Positions 13,034-24,525 of a DNA stretch of 64,000 nucleotides are shown here, one piece after another. Every line of letters begins with the position of its first letter. Positions within the stretch are counted from its first letter, which is position 1. The notes beneath the pieces are model-generated. The model was not told where the DNA came from. It searched no databases and saw only the letters and a list, made by a program, of their open reading frames with translations. The position numbers and the translations under genes are program-made. The DNA is from Zootoca vivipara (taxonomy: Eukaryota): contig NC_083277.1 of the NCBI RefSeq assembly GCF_963506605.1, positions 11,718,001 through 11,782,000 of the forward strand, in the 5' to 3' direction.

Positions 13034-13579
13034 GTCAAATATCTCTTAAAACAAAAACACAGTAAAGCTGTAGCATAAAAAATGAATTCAGGGAACTCAG
13101 GTAAATAAAAGCAGGTTTTGAGGAGTCAGTCGGGAAAACCAGAATGAAGCTACCGACAGTGGCTGCTTCATGTCTAGCACAAGGAAGGGCATGCCATAGT
13201 CTCGGGGTAATAGCGAAAAATGCCCATTTTTGGGTCATCGCCCTATGATATTCTGTAGGGTGTGATGCCACAGATAAAATGCCCAGACGATTAGAGTGGT
13301 CTTACAGGCAGCAGCATGAAGAGGGCAGAGGAGAGGTTGGCTGCATGCAGGCGCAGTCTCCAATTGCTTGGGGAAAACTCTGGAGAGGAGGAGACTTAGC
13401 TGTGGGGAGGCGGGGGGGTTTCAGTCTTGGCAACAGATCCATGGGGGCAAGACCTACCAGGGACGGACTGCTGTGCTCACTAGGCCTGACACACTGCCTG
13501 GTCTGTGCAGATCACTTGCAGGGTGTGATTTTACTGCCGACTTGCTCCCGACACCTGACGGCCCATTTCTCTGTTCCAG

Positions 13580-14355
13580 GCAGCGAGGAGCGCGGAAAGA
13601 TCTACCCGGGAGAGACCTGCCCCCTCTACGCCAAAAGCTTTGGCGGCCCACCGAGCCATGAGAGACCCAGCACGGGTGACAAGCGCTACAAGTGCTCCGA
13701 GTGCGGAAAGGGCTTCAAGAAGCGGTCGGCCCTCCTGACCCACGACCGGACGCACACCGGGGAGAAGCCCTACGGCTGCGCCCAGTGCGGGAACAGCTTC
13801 AGCAACAAGTCCAGCCTGACGCGGCACAAGAGGAAGCACACGGGCGAGAAGCCCTTCAGTTGCCCCAACTGCGGCAAGAGGTTCAGCCAGAGCTCCAGCC
13901 TCATCCGCCACATGAGGAACCACACGGGGCTCCGGCCTTACCGCTGCTCGGCGTGCGGCAAGAGCTTCAAGCAGAGCTCCAGCCTCCTGGTCCACAGAAG
14001 GACGCACACAGGGGAAACCCCCTACAGCTGCTCGGTCTGCGGCAAGCGCTTCTCGCAGAGCTCCAACCTGGTGAAGCACGAGAGGATCCACACCGGAGAG
14101 AAGCCGTACGGTTGCGCCGAGTGCGGCAACACCTTCAGCAACAAGTCCAGCCTCACGAGGCACAAGAGGAACCACACAGGGCAGAAGCCCTACAAGTGCC
14201 CTCAGTGCGGGAAGCGCTTCAAGCAGAGCTCGGGCCTGCTCAAGCACGAGCGGGCTCACGCGCGGAAGGGCCTCGCCAATCTCCCGGAGCCCGGCAAGCG
14301 CTTTGACGCCGGCCTGGCGGGCTGCATGAGAGCCCACGTCGGCGAGGCCTTGTGA
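13580..14355 (+). CDS. Gene A terminal exon: 7 intact C2H2 fingers plus degenerate flanking fingers
   Basis: Acceptor ctctgttccag| at 13579; HTGEKP-type linkers; stop 14353-14355; aataaa at 14838. Confidence 0.9.
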
Positions 14356-15147
14356 AAGCGCCTCACTCTGTTGAGGAAAGGTCGAAAGGCATGAAGCTTG
14401 TTGGTGTTGAAACGGGGTGAAGTCAGGAATCGGGGGGGCTGCGGCTCGGTTCAGGGCATGCGCAACTCTGGACCCTGATGCCTAGCTAGATACTAGTCAA
14501 AAGTCCTCCGTTCTCACAATCCACACAAGGCTGACAAAATGGCCGCCAATGCTGACAGGCTGTGTTTAGTTGGTTGGTTGGTGTGTGTCGTAGGCCCGGC
14601 GGCAAGGTTTTCTGATGTTTAGCTCTCTTTGTACATAGGAGGGTTCCCTCCTGGGAGGAAACCTTTAAAACGAGGGAACTGCTCCTTACTCAACAGAGAC
14701 TTTCCCAATGAGGACCTGGAGAAGGGAAGCAGGAACCTTCTTGCTGGAACCATCAGGCGATTCGAACCAGAGAATCGTCAGCTTCCTGGTCTGATAAAGG
14801 ATTTTGTTATCTTCTGTGTTCTTAGAGTAGCTTTGTAAATAAAAGCCACAGAAGTTACCTCAGGACTGGCTGAACCGTTAGGCAACGTGAGGCGGCTGCC
14901 TCAGGCAACTAATTTTGGGTGTCATGAAAGTGCAGCAAATGGTTTTATGTTGTTTTCTTTTTACTCCCAGCTTTTGGTTTTACCCACTGTGACCTGAGAG
15001 GCTGCCATTTGTTCCACCCTAAGCAGCTAAAATGGCTCAGGCCGGCCCTAATATGCCTACTTAAAAGCAAGTAGACTGCAATTCCGTGCTGGCCATGGAG
15101 GAGGGAAGACCCCCCTCCTCCATGGTCAACATAGAAACCTAAGTTAA

Positions 15148-15485
15148 GGTTAAGGGGTGATATGATAGCCATGTTCAAATATATAAAAGGATGTCATATA
15201 GAAGAGGGTAAAATGTTGTTTTCTGCTGCTCCAGAGAAGCGGACACGGTGCAATGGATTCAAGCTACAAGAAAGAAGATTCCACCTAAACATTAGGAAGA
15301 ACTTTCTGACAGTAAGAGCTGTTCAGCAGTGGAATTTGCTGCCAAGGAGTGTGGTTGAGTCTCCTTCTTTGGAGGTCTTTAAGCGGAGGGTTGACGGCCA
15401 TATGTCAGGAATGCTTTGATGGTGTTTCCTGCTTGGCAGGGGGTTGGACTGGATGGCCCTTGTGGTCTCTCCCAACTCTATGATT
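15148..15485 (+). mobile_element. CR1 LINE 3' end
   Basis: [30 protein letters not shown]..; ccaactctatgatt tail. Confidence 0.9.
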
Positions 15486-16221
15486 AAAAGTATTCTTAGT
15501 TGCCTCGGTTATAAATGCTAGCGGACATCTTTGTTTAAACATGTAAAGAATATTATTTGGTTAAAAAATAAGAAGTCCTTCCCCGTTTATAGCAAATGGA
15601 AGACTTAAATTAACGCACACTCTGGTATTTTCTTTCTATTTGTTTAAACACATTTAAGGTGGCAATCCTATGCACACTTAACTTTCCACCCTGGGGACTT
15701 GCTCATGAGTAAGCATGCCTCAACTTGGGCCTTTCAAGTCTATTTCTTAATCACGGTATCACACCCTTTTCAAAATTCTAGTGCTAGCCTTAATTTTTAA
15801 GCCCGGACGTTAATTTTTCTGAGTAACCTTATCACTCTGTTGTTGTATCGGATGCCTCCGTAGATAAGAGGCTTTAATTTGGGTGTGGATGTTCTGGCTT
15901 CATGTCCTGCCCATATATAGCCTTCCTGTCTTGTCCAAGTTAGCCTCATTTAAACAATCTGGAAAATGGGAATAGCCCCCCCCCCCGAGCCTACCTCACA
16001 GGGTTGTTGTGAGGCTGAACATAAATAAAGACTGTACACCCTTCACTCTTACAAGTTTTCTTTATTTTCCCTCCTCCCCTTAGCAAGCAATTATGACAGC
16101 AGCCTTTTAGATAAATATTGAGGCAGTAGTTGTAAGCGGAATATATATGTTTGATGTTGTGATTGGCACAAATGGTAGGAGCAATCACAGCCATCATGCC
16201 CCCATTGCATAAAGTAGGGAT

Positions 16222-16618
16222 GATAATAATAATAATTTATTATTTATACCCCGCCCATCTGGCCGGGTTCCCCCAGCCACTCTGGGCGGCTTCCAACAAA
16301 ACATTAAAATACAGAAATCAAACATCAAAAGCTTCCCTAAACAGGGCTGCCTTGAGATGCCTTCTAAAGGTCTGGTAATTGTTGTTTTCTTTGACCTCTG
16401 GTGGGAGGGCATAGTGGGTGCCACTACCGAGAAGGCCCTCTGCCTGGTTCCCTGTAACTTGGCTTCTCGTAGCGAGGGAACCGCCAGAAGACCCTCGGCG
16501 CTGGACCTCAGTGTCCGGGCAGAACGATGGGGGTGGAGACGCTCCTTCAGGTATACTGGACCGAGGCCATTTAGGGCTTTAAAGGTCAACACCAACACTT
16601 TGAATTGTGCTCAGAAAC
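16222..16618 (-). mobile_element. L2 LINE 3' end
   Basis: FKVLVLTFKALNGLGPVYL..RQRAFSVVAP; (tta) tail. Confidence 0.88.
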
Positions 16619-16749
16619 TGAATCTGAGACCCTCTAGACATTGCTAGAATACAACTCCCATCATCTCTGGCTACTGGGCTGGCGGTAGTTGGGTACCCAC
16701 ACCCAGCAAACATCTGGAGGGCCACAGGGTCCTCGCCCCTTATAAGAAG

Positions 16750-17005
16750 GGAAGGCAGAACTCCTGTTGAAGCTTTTCCCACAGTCCGTGCAAGTGTGCA
16801 CCTTCTCTCCCCCCCCCCCGCCCCATGAGTCCCCCTCCTGCCAGAGAAGGTGCAAGTTCTGGCTGAAACTTTGGTCACAGCCAGGACATTGATACGGCTT
16901 CTCCCCTGTGTGGGTCTGCTCATGCCGAATGAAGTTTGAGGCTGTTTCTCTTTGAAAATTGCACACAATGACCCTTTTGGAAATGTAACGCTTCTTCAGT
17001 TGCAT
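16750..17005 (-). pseudogene. Degenerate C2H2 zinc-finger exon relic
   Basis: [43 protein letters not shown]; fingers broken. Confidence 0.7.
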
Positions 17006-17108
17006 TGCTTTTAGGCGCCCTCCTTTGCACCCAGACCAGGCACCCAGATGAGGCTGCAAATGGCCAGATTCCTTCGCCCTTGCTCTGCCTCTGCAAATAG
17101 ATGTGGGA

Positions 17109-17480
17109 GCCTCCGTCACCTCTGCTCACTTTCTTGACCCAGAAAGGCACTTAATGAGTTAAGGGAACAGAGTGCTGCAACTGTTTGCATTCCTAGACAA
17201 CTTGCCTCTGTCACCTCTGCTCACTTTCTCGACCCAGAAAGGCACTTGATGAGTTAAGGGAACAGAGTGCTGCAACTGTTCGCATTCCTAGACAACTTAC
17301 CTCTGCTCACTTTCTCGACCTAGAAAGGCACTTGATGAGTTAAGGGAACAGAGTGCTGCAACTGTTTGCATTCCTAGACAACTTGCCTCCGCCACCTCTG
17401 CTCACTTTCTCAATCCAGAAAGGCACTTAATGAGTTAAGGGAACAGAGTGCTGCAACTGTTCGCATTCCTAGACAACTTG
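17109..17480. repeat. Tandem repeat, four copies of a 95-bp unit (third copy 86 bp)
   Basis: Units start at 17109, 17204, 17299 and 17385. Confidence 0.95.
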
Positions 17481-17574
17481 TAGTGAGGGGAAAGAGGACT
17501 CCAGCTACATTTTTCCCCTGTCGTGCCCCCTCCTGGCAAAGTGGGGCAATAGCAGCAGCAGCAGCAAAAAAAAG

Positions 17575-18047
17575 CAATTTAAGAAGGATATTAACAAGCT
17601 GGAATGTGCAGAGGAGGACGACAGATGATCAAAGGTCTGGAAACCAAGTCTTATGAGAAATGGTTGGTTGAGGGAGCTGGGTATGTTTAGCCTGGAAAAG
17701 AGGAGACTGAGAGGAGATGGGAGAGCCATCTTCAAATATCTCAAGGGCTGTCACATGGAAGATAGAGCAAGCTTGTTCTCGTCTGCTCTGGAGGGTAGGA
17801 CACGAATCAATGGCTTAGTGTTACTAAAAAGGAGATTCCGGCTGAACATCAGGAAGAACTTTCTGACAGTGAGAGCTGTTTCACAGTGGAACGGTCTCCC
17901 TTGGGAGGTGGTGGGCTCTCGGAGGTTTTTAAGCAGAGGTTGGATGGCCCTCTGTCATGGATGCTTTAGTTGAAATTCCTGCATTGCAGGGGGTTGGACT
18001 AGATGACCCTCAGAGTCCCTTCCAACTGTACAATTCTCTGATTCTAT
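17575..18047 (+). mobile_element. CR1 LINE 3' end (second subfamily)
   Basis: [17 protein letters not shown]..; gcattgcagggggttggactagatgacc tail. Confidence 0.9.
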
Positions 18048-18245
18048 ACTGGGCAGTGCAGATTTCCTGAAGGTGCGAAAGGGAGTGGAATAAAGGAATA
18101 GGTTCGTGTTTGTAAATAAAGAGGGTTTGCATTACATTGAATCAGACCACTGATCCACCCAGCCTAGTATTTTCTAGGGGTGGGGGGCCTTCATGAGCCC
18201 AAACCCCACAGAGTTCCTTGCACAGAGGGGTTGGTTGCTAAATTA

Positions 18246-18598
18246 CAGGTGAAACTTGGAAAATTAGAATATCGTCGAAAAGTGCATTTATTTCAGTAAT
18301 GCAACTTAAAAGGTGAAACCAATATATGAGATAGATGCATGACATGCAAAGCAAGATATGTCAAGCCTTTATTTGTTGTAATTATTTGTCGTTAGGCGGG
18401 TCAATTATAAATGGAGTGTAATTAATGAAATGTAATAGCAATGTTTATTTTTGTATAATTGTAACTATTTGTTTTATTACTGTGGAATTTCCAAAAGAAG
18501 GCATTTGTAAAAATTAAAAGAAAAATGAAAAATAATAAGTTGCATTACTGAAATAAATGCACTTTTAGACGATATTCTAATTTTCCGCGTTTCACCTG
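18246..18598. mobile_element. Tc1/mariner MITE with ~60-bp TIRs (caggtgaaac family), copy 1
   Basis: TA|caggtgaaac..aattagaatatcgtc..gcaactta ... taagttgc..gtttcacctg|TA. Confidence 0.88.
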
Positions 18599-19540
18599 TA
18601 CTCTGGAGAAAATTTTAACAGGAGAGATCTGAAAATGCTCAGCACCCTTAAACAAATGACAGCTCCCAGGATTATCTGGTGGAAGCCATGACTGTTTATT
18701 GTGACATAAGAGTGCTTTAAATGTGTAGTACAGATGGGACCTTCGTTGGACATCACTCGTACACCCTTCACAGGGTGCCTTTGTCTGAAAGCGATGAAAT
18801 GTACAGCCTATTAAGCAATAGCTAGGACACGGCTGAAATAAAACCTTTAATCTTTTTCATTCACGGATATAGTAATACACCAGAATCAAAACTGCTTCCA
18901 AAAAATTTCCAAGCACCTTTAGCAATTTGTATTTGCCTCTATCTGATAAACATTGGCACCTGGTGATGAATGTAACTGAAGTTTAAGTTGGTCGAGTTTC
19001 CAGTTCAACCCCAAAAAAGCTCACAAACACTTGCTAGTCTGCACAGTTCATTCCGCCTCTACTAAGCTGGTGGGAGAGACAAAGAGCACCAAATACTGGA
19101 GGGCCCTGAAATTTCACCCAATGCAACCAACTTAGACAAATCCCAACCTTTGAAGGACTAGAAACTTGGTAAGGCTAAATTCTCTGGATGCCTAGCCTAC
19201 ACCCAGTGTGGCCCAGCATATAACGTTTTAATGCTCACTTGTTTTGTTTAGAACAGGCATGTCCAACAGGTAGATCGTGATCTACCGGTAGATCACTGGA
19301 CACCTGCGATAGATCACTGGCTTTCCCCAAAGAAGAGGAACAACTGTGGCTCCCCTAAAAAAAGCTCAACATTTTACCTCCTCCCTGAAAAAACTCAACA
19401 ACTTTCACTCGAACCCCCCCCCCCATGTGCCTTCCTCATTCCTAAGAAAAGCTCAACAACTTTGACTTGAACCCCCCAAAGGGGGTAGATCACTGCCAGT
19501 TCTTAACTCTGTGTGTAGATTGCAGTCTCTTGGGAGTTGT

Positions 19541-19666
19541 GGTTACAGGTAGGTAGCCGTGTTGGTCTGAAGGTATCTGAAGAAGTGTGCATGCACACGA
19601 AAGCTCATACCAAAATAAAAACTTAGTTGGTCTTTAAGGTGCTACTGAAGGAATTTTTTTATTTTT
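19541..19666 (+). mobile_element. Penelope-like pseudo-LTR fragment
   Basis: gttacaggtaggtagccgtgttggtctg..gttggtctttaaggtgctactg; flanked by duplicated tcttgggagttg. Confidence 0.75.
19572..19611 (+). ncRNA. Minimal type I hammerhead ribozyme motif (Penelope-associated)
   Basis: ggtat-CTGAAGA-a-gtgtg(catg)cacac-GAAA-gc-TC-atacc; helix I ggtat/atacc, helix II gtgtg/cacac. Confidence 0.72.
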
Positions 19667-20344
19667 CTTGGGAGTTGGTCACCCCTGGTTTAGAAGTGCT
19701 GCTTCTCACTGTGTGTATTCCTCAGCAACATTTGGTTAATCTACTGAGTTGCTCCACTGCTCTCTTGATTCCTCCCTTGCCAGAAGCTGGAAGCAGGCTA
19801 TGAAGAAAGGAGCTTGCCCCCATTCCACTCTCGAGGAGGAAAAAGAAATTTCTAGATTGGCTACGCAAAGCTACTTGGCACTTAATCTGTGCTTTTAGTA
19901 GTCAAAGCACTTCTCGGTCAACCTTACGATCCTGCGAGGTAGGTCAGTGTTATCACCCTCTGCACTGAATGTGGCAGCAGAGGGCAGGTCAAGGATGAAG
20001 GAATAAATGGCTTGCCTTAGGCTCCTGGGTGAATCTGTGGCAGAGGCGAAGCTTGAATGGGGGACTCTGTTGTGACAGTTGCTGTTTCTCAGACCAAACT
20101 ACCTCACAGGACTGTTGCAAAGATAAAATGGGAAGGGTGCAGAAGAGAGACATGACTAGCACCCAGAGCTCATCGGAAGAATGATAGGATAACGAAAACG
20201 TAATTCAATGAAAATCCTACAGCTGCAATCCTCCGCTGCACTCAAAGGAGGGCTTGTGTGTGGTGAGGCTCTGGCAAGGATGCAGTACAAACCACCTCTC
20301 CTTTGCCATGTGCTGTGGCTTGCCCAGGCTAGTCACATCACAAA

Positions 20345-20599
20345 CAATTGATTTCAGCAAGGTCTTTGACAAGGTGCCCCATGATATTCTAGTAAAGAAG
20401 CTGGTAAAATGCGGGCTAGACAATGTGAGCTGTTTGGCAGTGGAATTTGCTGCCAAGGAGTGTGGTGGAGTCTCCTCCTTTGGAGGCCTTTAAGTGGAGG
20501 CTTGACGGCCATATGTCAGGAATGCTTTGATGGTGTTTCCTGCTTGGCAGGGGGTTGGACTGGATGGCCCTTGTGGTCTCCTCCAGCTCTATGATTCTA
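20345..20599 (+). mobile_element. CR1 fragments (RT piece joined to 3' end)
   Basis: IDFSKVFDKVPHDILVKKLVKCGLD followed by the CR1 3' tail. Confidence 0.75.
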
Positions 20600-21561
20600 A
20601 TTCTGGGAACTGTAGTTTGTTAAAGGTGTTGCTAGGAGGCCCCCCACAGAGCCACAGTTCTCAGAGTCCCCTGTGAAGAGGGATTGATTATGAAACCGCT
20701 CTGGGAATTGTAGCTCTGTGAGGGGTCTCCTGACAACTTTCAATACCCACAGAGAACCACAGCTCCCAGAATTCTTTGGAAGAAGCCATGACAGTTTAAA
20801 GCAGTATCAAAGCACCTTAAATGTACGGCCTGAACTGGGCTAGTTCGTAGCAAACCTGGGAAAGAGAGAGACACCCAAGATGCTTGTGGAGAAAAATAAG
20901 GAGAGGCCTCGTCTTGGCTGGATGTGTAGGGCCAGGCCGGTTTACTATGCAGAGACATGAAAACCTGCCTTATACCAAGTCAGAACATTTGTCCTTCTAG
21001 CTTAGTATTATTGACACTGATGCTCTCCAGGGTTTCAGATCCAATCCCTAGACAGGCCAAGGATTGAACCCGAGACCTTCTGTGCCCAAGGGAGATGCTC
21101 TACTACTGAGTTATGGCCCTTTCTAAAGAGCACACCTTGTTTTCCATGCGAAGCGGTTGCAGAATTGCTGCTGCAACCACTATACTACACCACCAACTGA
21201 ACACCTTGTGTGACGACAGCAGCCACAGTTTGAGCGATGAGTCTTAGGCCAAAGACCTGCAGGAATCCATGTGAAATGCTGATCACACGAAGGAACGATG
21301 CCAGAGTATAATACGTTGAAGAGATTAGGAAGGGTAGATGTGGAACTGGGAAGGCTGGGCCTTAAGTTGTGAAGATGTGAACGGCAACAGAAAAAAAGAA
21401 AGTGTGAGGGAAAGCCCTGTGGCCCATCAGTGATGCTCTCTCCTAGTCCAAGTAGTTACTCTCAGGTTGGACCTGTCCTAAAAACTGAAGTAATAAGTTC
21501 TCACAATCTCTCCTGCATTCATTTCTTCCCCACTGTCTCACCAAGTATATGATTCCATCCT

Positions 21562-22919
21562 TTATGTGCCTTCTGCCATGCGCAAGGTGGCTTGGACTCT
21601 GGCTGAATCCCTTTCCACTGTCAGACCATGTAGATGGTTCCTCTCGTGTTTAAGGAGGGATGCTTTGTGACTAAACCTTCTCCCACAGTCTGTGCACTCA
21701 AACGGTTTCTCTCCCGTGTGGCTTCTCTGATGATTAATAAGGTTCGATCTCTGGCTGAAGCTCTTCCCGCATTCCAGACACTCATACGGCTTCTCGCCCG
21801 TGTGAGTCCTCTGGTGGCCGATGAGGAATTCCCTGCGGCTGAAGCTTTTCCCACACTCCAGGCACTCGTACGGCTTTTCGCCCGTATGAATTCTTTCGTG
21901 GATCCTAAGAACCGAGTTGCAACTGAAGTTTTTCCCACAGCTGGAGCACTTGTAAGGTTTCTCTCCTCTGTGCGTTCTCTCGTGCGACGTCAGGCTCGAG
22001 CTGTTACTGAACGATTTCCCGCAGTCTGTGCAGCTGTATGGCTTCTCTCCCGTGTGGATTCTCTGATGGTTAAGAAGGTTCGAGCTTTGGCTGAAATTCT
22101 TCCCACAGTCTAAACACTTATACGGTTTCTCCCCAGTGTGAAGCCTCTGGTGACGAACAAGGCTTGACCTAAAGCTGAAGTTTTTCCCGCAGTCCGTACA
22201 CGTATACGGCTTCTCTCCCTGTTGAGGATCGGCGGGCTGTGGGAATCCCTTTTCACTTTCTGAGGATTTAGGCGGTTTCTCTCCGGTCTGGGCTCCCTCT
22301 TGTTTTCTGGAGGATGAGCTGGAAAGAAAGCTTTCCCCACAACTGGAACATATATAAAGACCGTCTCCAGTAAGATCAGAGCCCTGGCTGAAATTGTGTC
22401 CGCATTCAGAGCACTTATAGGGTTTCTCTCCTGCAGGGATTCCCTGAGGATCACGAAGATGTGCTTTCCCACCCAAGCTGCTTCCACAATCCATATCCAA
22501 CTCTTCTCCTGCTTGGACATTCTCCTGCTGAGGGGTCGATGTCCAACACTTCGGACCATCTGTATGCTGGCGTAGCTTTTTCTCAGTTTGTGTGTTCTGG
22601 CTGAAGCTTTTTCCACAGCCGAGGCTCACTCTAGTATTCTTGTCCTTGTGCTCTCTCTCCCACAAGGTGTTGTGATTTAAGAGTTTGTTACCATCTTTCT
22701 CCCAAATCAGTTTTTCTCCTCCTCCTCCTCCTCCTCTCCGCCCGGGGTAGCTTCCCTCCTTCCTGTCTGCCCTTTGCTGACTTTTGGGCACATTTTCCAC
22801 TTGAGGAAATGGGGAAAAATCCCATTTGGCTTTGTCCAATGAGCCACCGGAAAGTTCCGCCTGCATTGATGCTCCTGGCTCAAGGGGTTTCTCCTCATTT
22901 TCGGCCACTTGCCCTTCGC
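21562..22919 (-). CDS. SCAN-ZNF gene S terminal exon: 7 intact C2H2 fingers plus degenerate fingers
   Basis: Acceptor ctttctgtcag|GC GAA (phase 1); HTGEKPY repeats; stop at 21562-21564. Confidence 0.92.
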
Positions 22920-23420
22920 CTGACAGAAAGATAACACAATATTGACATGAGTGACACCCTGCTGTGGAGACTTCAGCCACATTCACACCCTGTTTAAAGC
23001 ACTACAATGCTAATTCAAACAGCCATGGCTTCCCCTAAAGAATTCTGGGAGTTGTAGTTCATTAAGGGTGCTGAGAGTTGTTAGGATGCCATCTATTCCC
23101 CTCACAGAGCTACAATTCCCAGAGTTCCTTGTGAAGAGGGATAGTCAAGCCACTCTGTAAACTGTAGCTCTGAGAGGGGAATAGGGATTGTCTAGCAACT
23201 CTCAGAACCCTTAACAAACCACAGCTCCCAGAATCCACTACTACTTCCTGCCATTGCAGATCGCCCAATCAGCAAGGGTGCTGAGGAAGTACAAGGCCAG
23301 ACATAGCTGTCACCCCCTTAATCAGTCTCCAAAAACTCCACTGCTAATTCATTCCCCGTTTAATTATTTCTTCTAGTATCTTCTTTTGTTTTCTGCTGAA
23401 CATCAGGTGCATAATAAATA

Positions 23421-23802
23421 CAGGTGAAACTCGGAAAATTAGAATATCGTCGAAAAGTGCATTTATTCCAGTAACACAACTTAAAAGGTGAAACCAATAT
23501 ATGAGATAGATGCATGACATGCAAAGCAAGATATGTCAAGCCTTTATCTGTTGTAACTGTAATTATTTGTCATTAGGCGGGTCAATTATAAATGGAATGT
23601 AATTACGGTAATGAAATGTAATAGCGATGTTTGTTTTTGTTTATTTGTTTATTTTTGTATTATTGTAACTATTTGTTTTATTACTGTGGAATTTCCAAAA
23701 GAAAGCATTTGTAAAAATTAAAAGAAAAATGAAAAATAATAAGTTGCATTACTGAAATAAATGCACTTTTCGACGATATTCTAATTTGCCGAGTTTCACC
23801 TG
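23421..23802. mobile_element. Tc1/mariner MITE (caggtgaaac family), copy 2
   Basis: Same TIRs and interior as 18246-18598; TA flanks. Confidence 0.88.
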
Positions 23803-24398
23803 TACTACTGTTATTACTACTTTCCTGTTTAACCAGGCATTTGAAGGTGGTTTTTGCCTTTTTTTTACACATTTTTATTGTTTTATTGCCCCATTATCTG
23901 TGTATTGCTTTTTGTGCACACCGCTTAGAAATTCCAATAATTAAGCAGCCTTAAATAAATAAATAAATAAATATACTTTACCGGGTACTCCAGTTACAAG
24001 CAAAGCCTATGCCACTGGTCGGGAACCTTTGCCCTGCAGGCCTGATCAGGCCCAATAGGTCTCCTCCTTTGACCCATCAGGCAGTTTTTGGCCAAGCTAC
24101 ACCCACCTGCCCTGCACGCATCATCATGCTTGACATCAGCTGTAGGGCGGGGAAAGACACCGGCTGAGCCAATAAGGGGGATTTGCAAACCCCACCAATC
24201 AGCTGACTGACATCACCTGCAATTCCCCTCCCATCCACAGTGCTTTGCAGGCGCTGATTGTTGGCCCTTGCAAAACGCTATGCCTTTTTTGCCACCAGGA
24301 TTCGAATTCAGACCATGCAAGCAAAAATGGGTCACCGGACATCCTTGTGATGTCAGGGGGGTGGACAGGTGAGCAGCATCGGGGCTCTGCAGCATTAC

Positions 24399-24525
24399 CT
24401 AGTGGCAGGTGGGGGTCTCCATCACCCACTGGCTCCACTACCATGTAGGGCTGTGCCTTCGTAATCTCCAAAGAGGCGAGTTTGGCTCTGGGGGAAGTGG
24501 TTGCCTTCTCAAATGGCTCCGAAAT
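24399..24525 (-). CDS. Gene S middle exon (127 nt, phase 0/1), degenerate KRAB-A-like
   Basis: tgtgtttcag|ATT TCG GAG..CTA G|gtaatg; joins the SCAN and finger exons in frame (2100 nt total, 699 aa). Confidence 0.8.

Larger units (their letters stand above)
19254..19687. mobile_element. hAT non-autonomous element with nested Penelope fragment
   Basis: caggcatgtccaac...gttggtcacccctg; 8-bp TSD gtttagaa. Confidence 0.8.

Noticed and set aside
13279-13579. N-terminal 100 aa of the 358-aa ORF
   Set aside because: Lies upstream of a strong acceptor at 13579 and has intron-like composition; probably read-through, though not excluded.
13531-14337. 268-aa antisense ORF and 204-aa alternative-frame ORF over gene A fingers
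   Set aside because: Shadow ORFs expected from very high GC3 repetitive finger codons.
17109-17480. CRISPR-like array
   Set aside because: Head-to-tail units with no unique spacers, vertebrate context, no cas genes.
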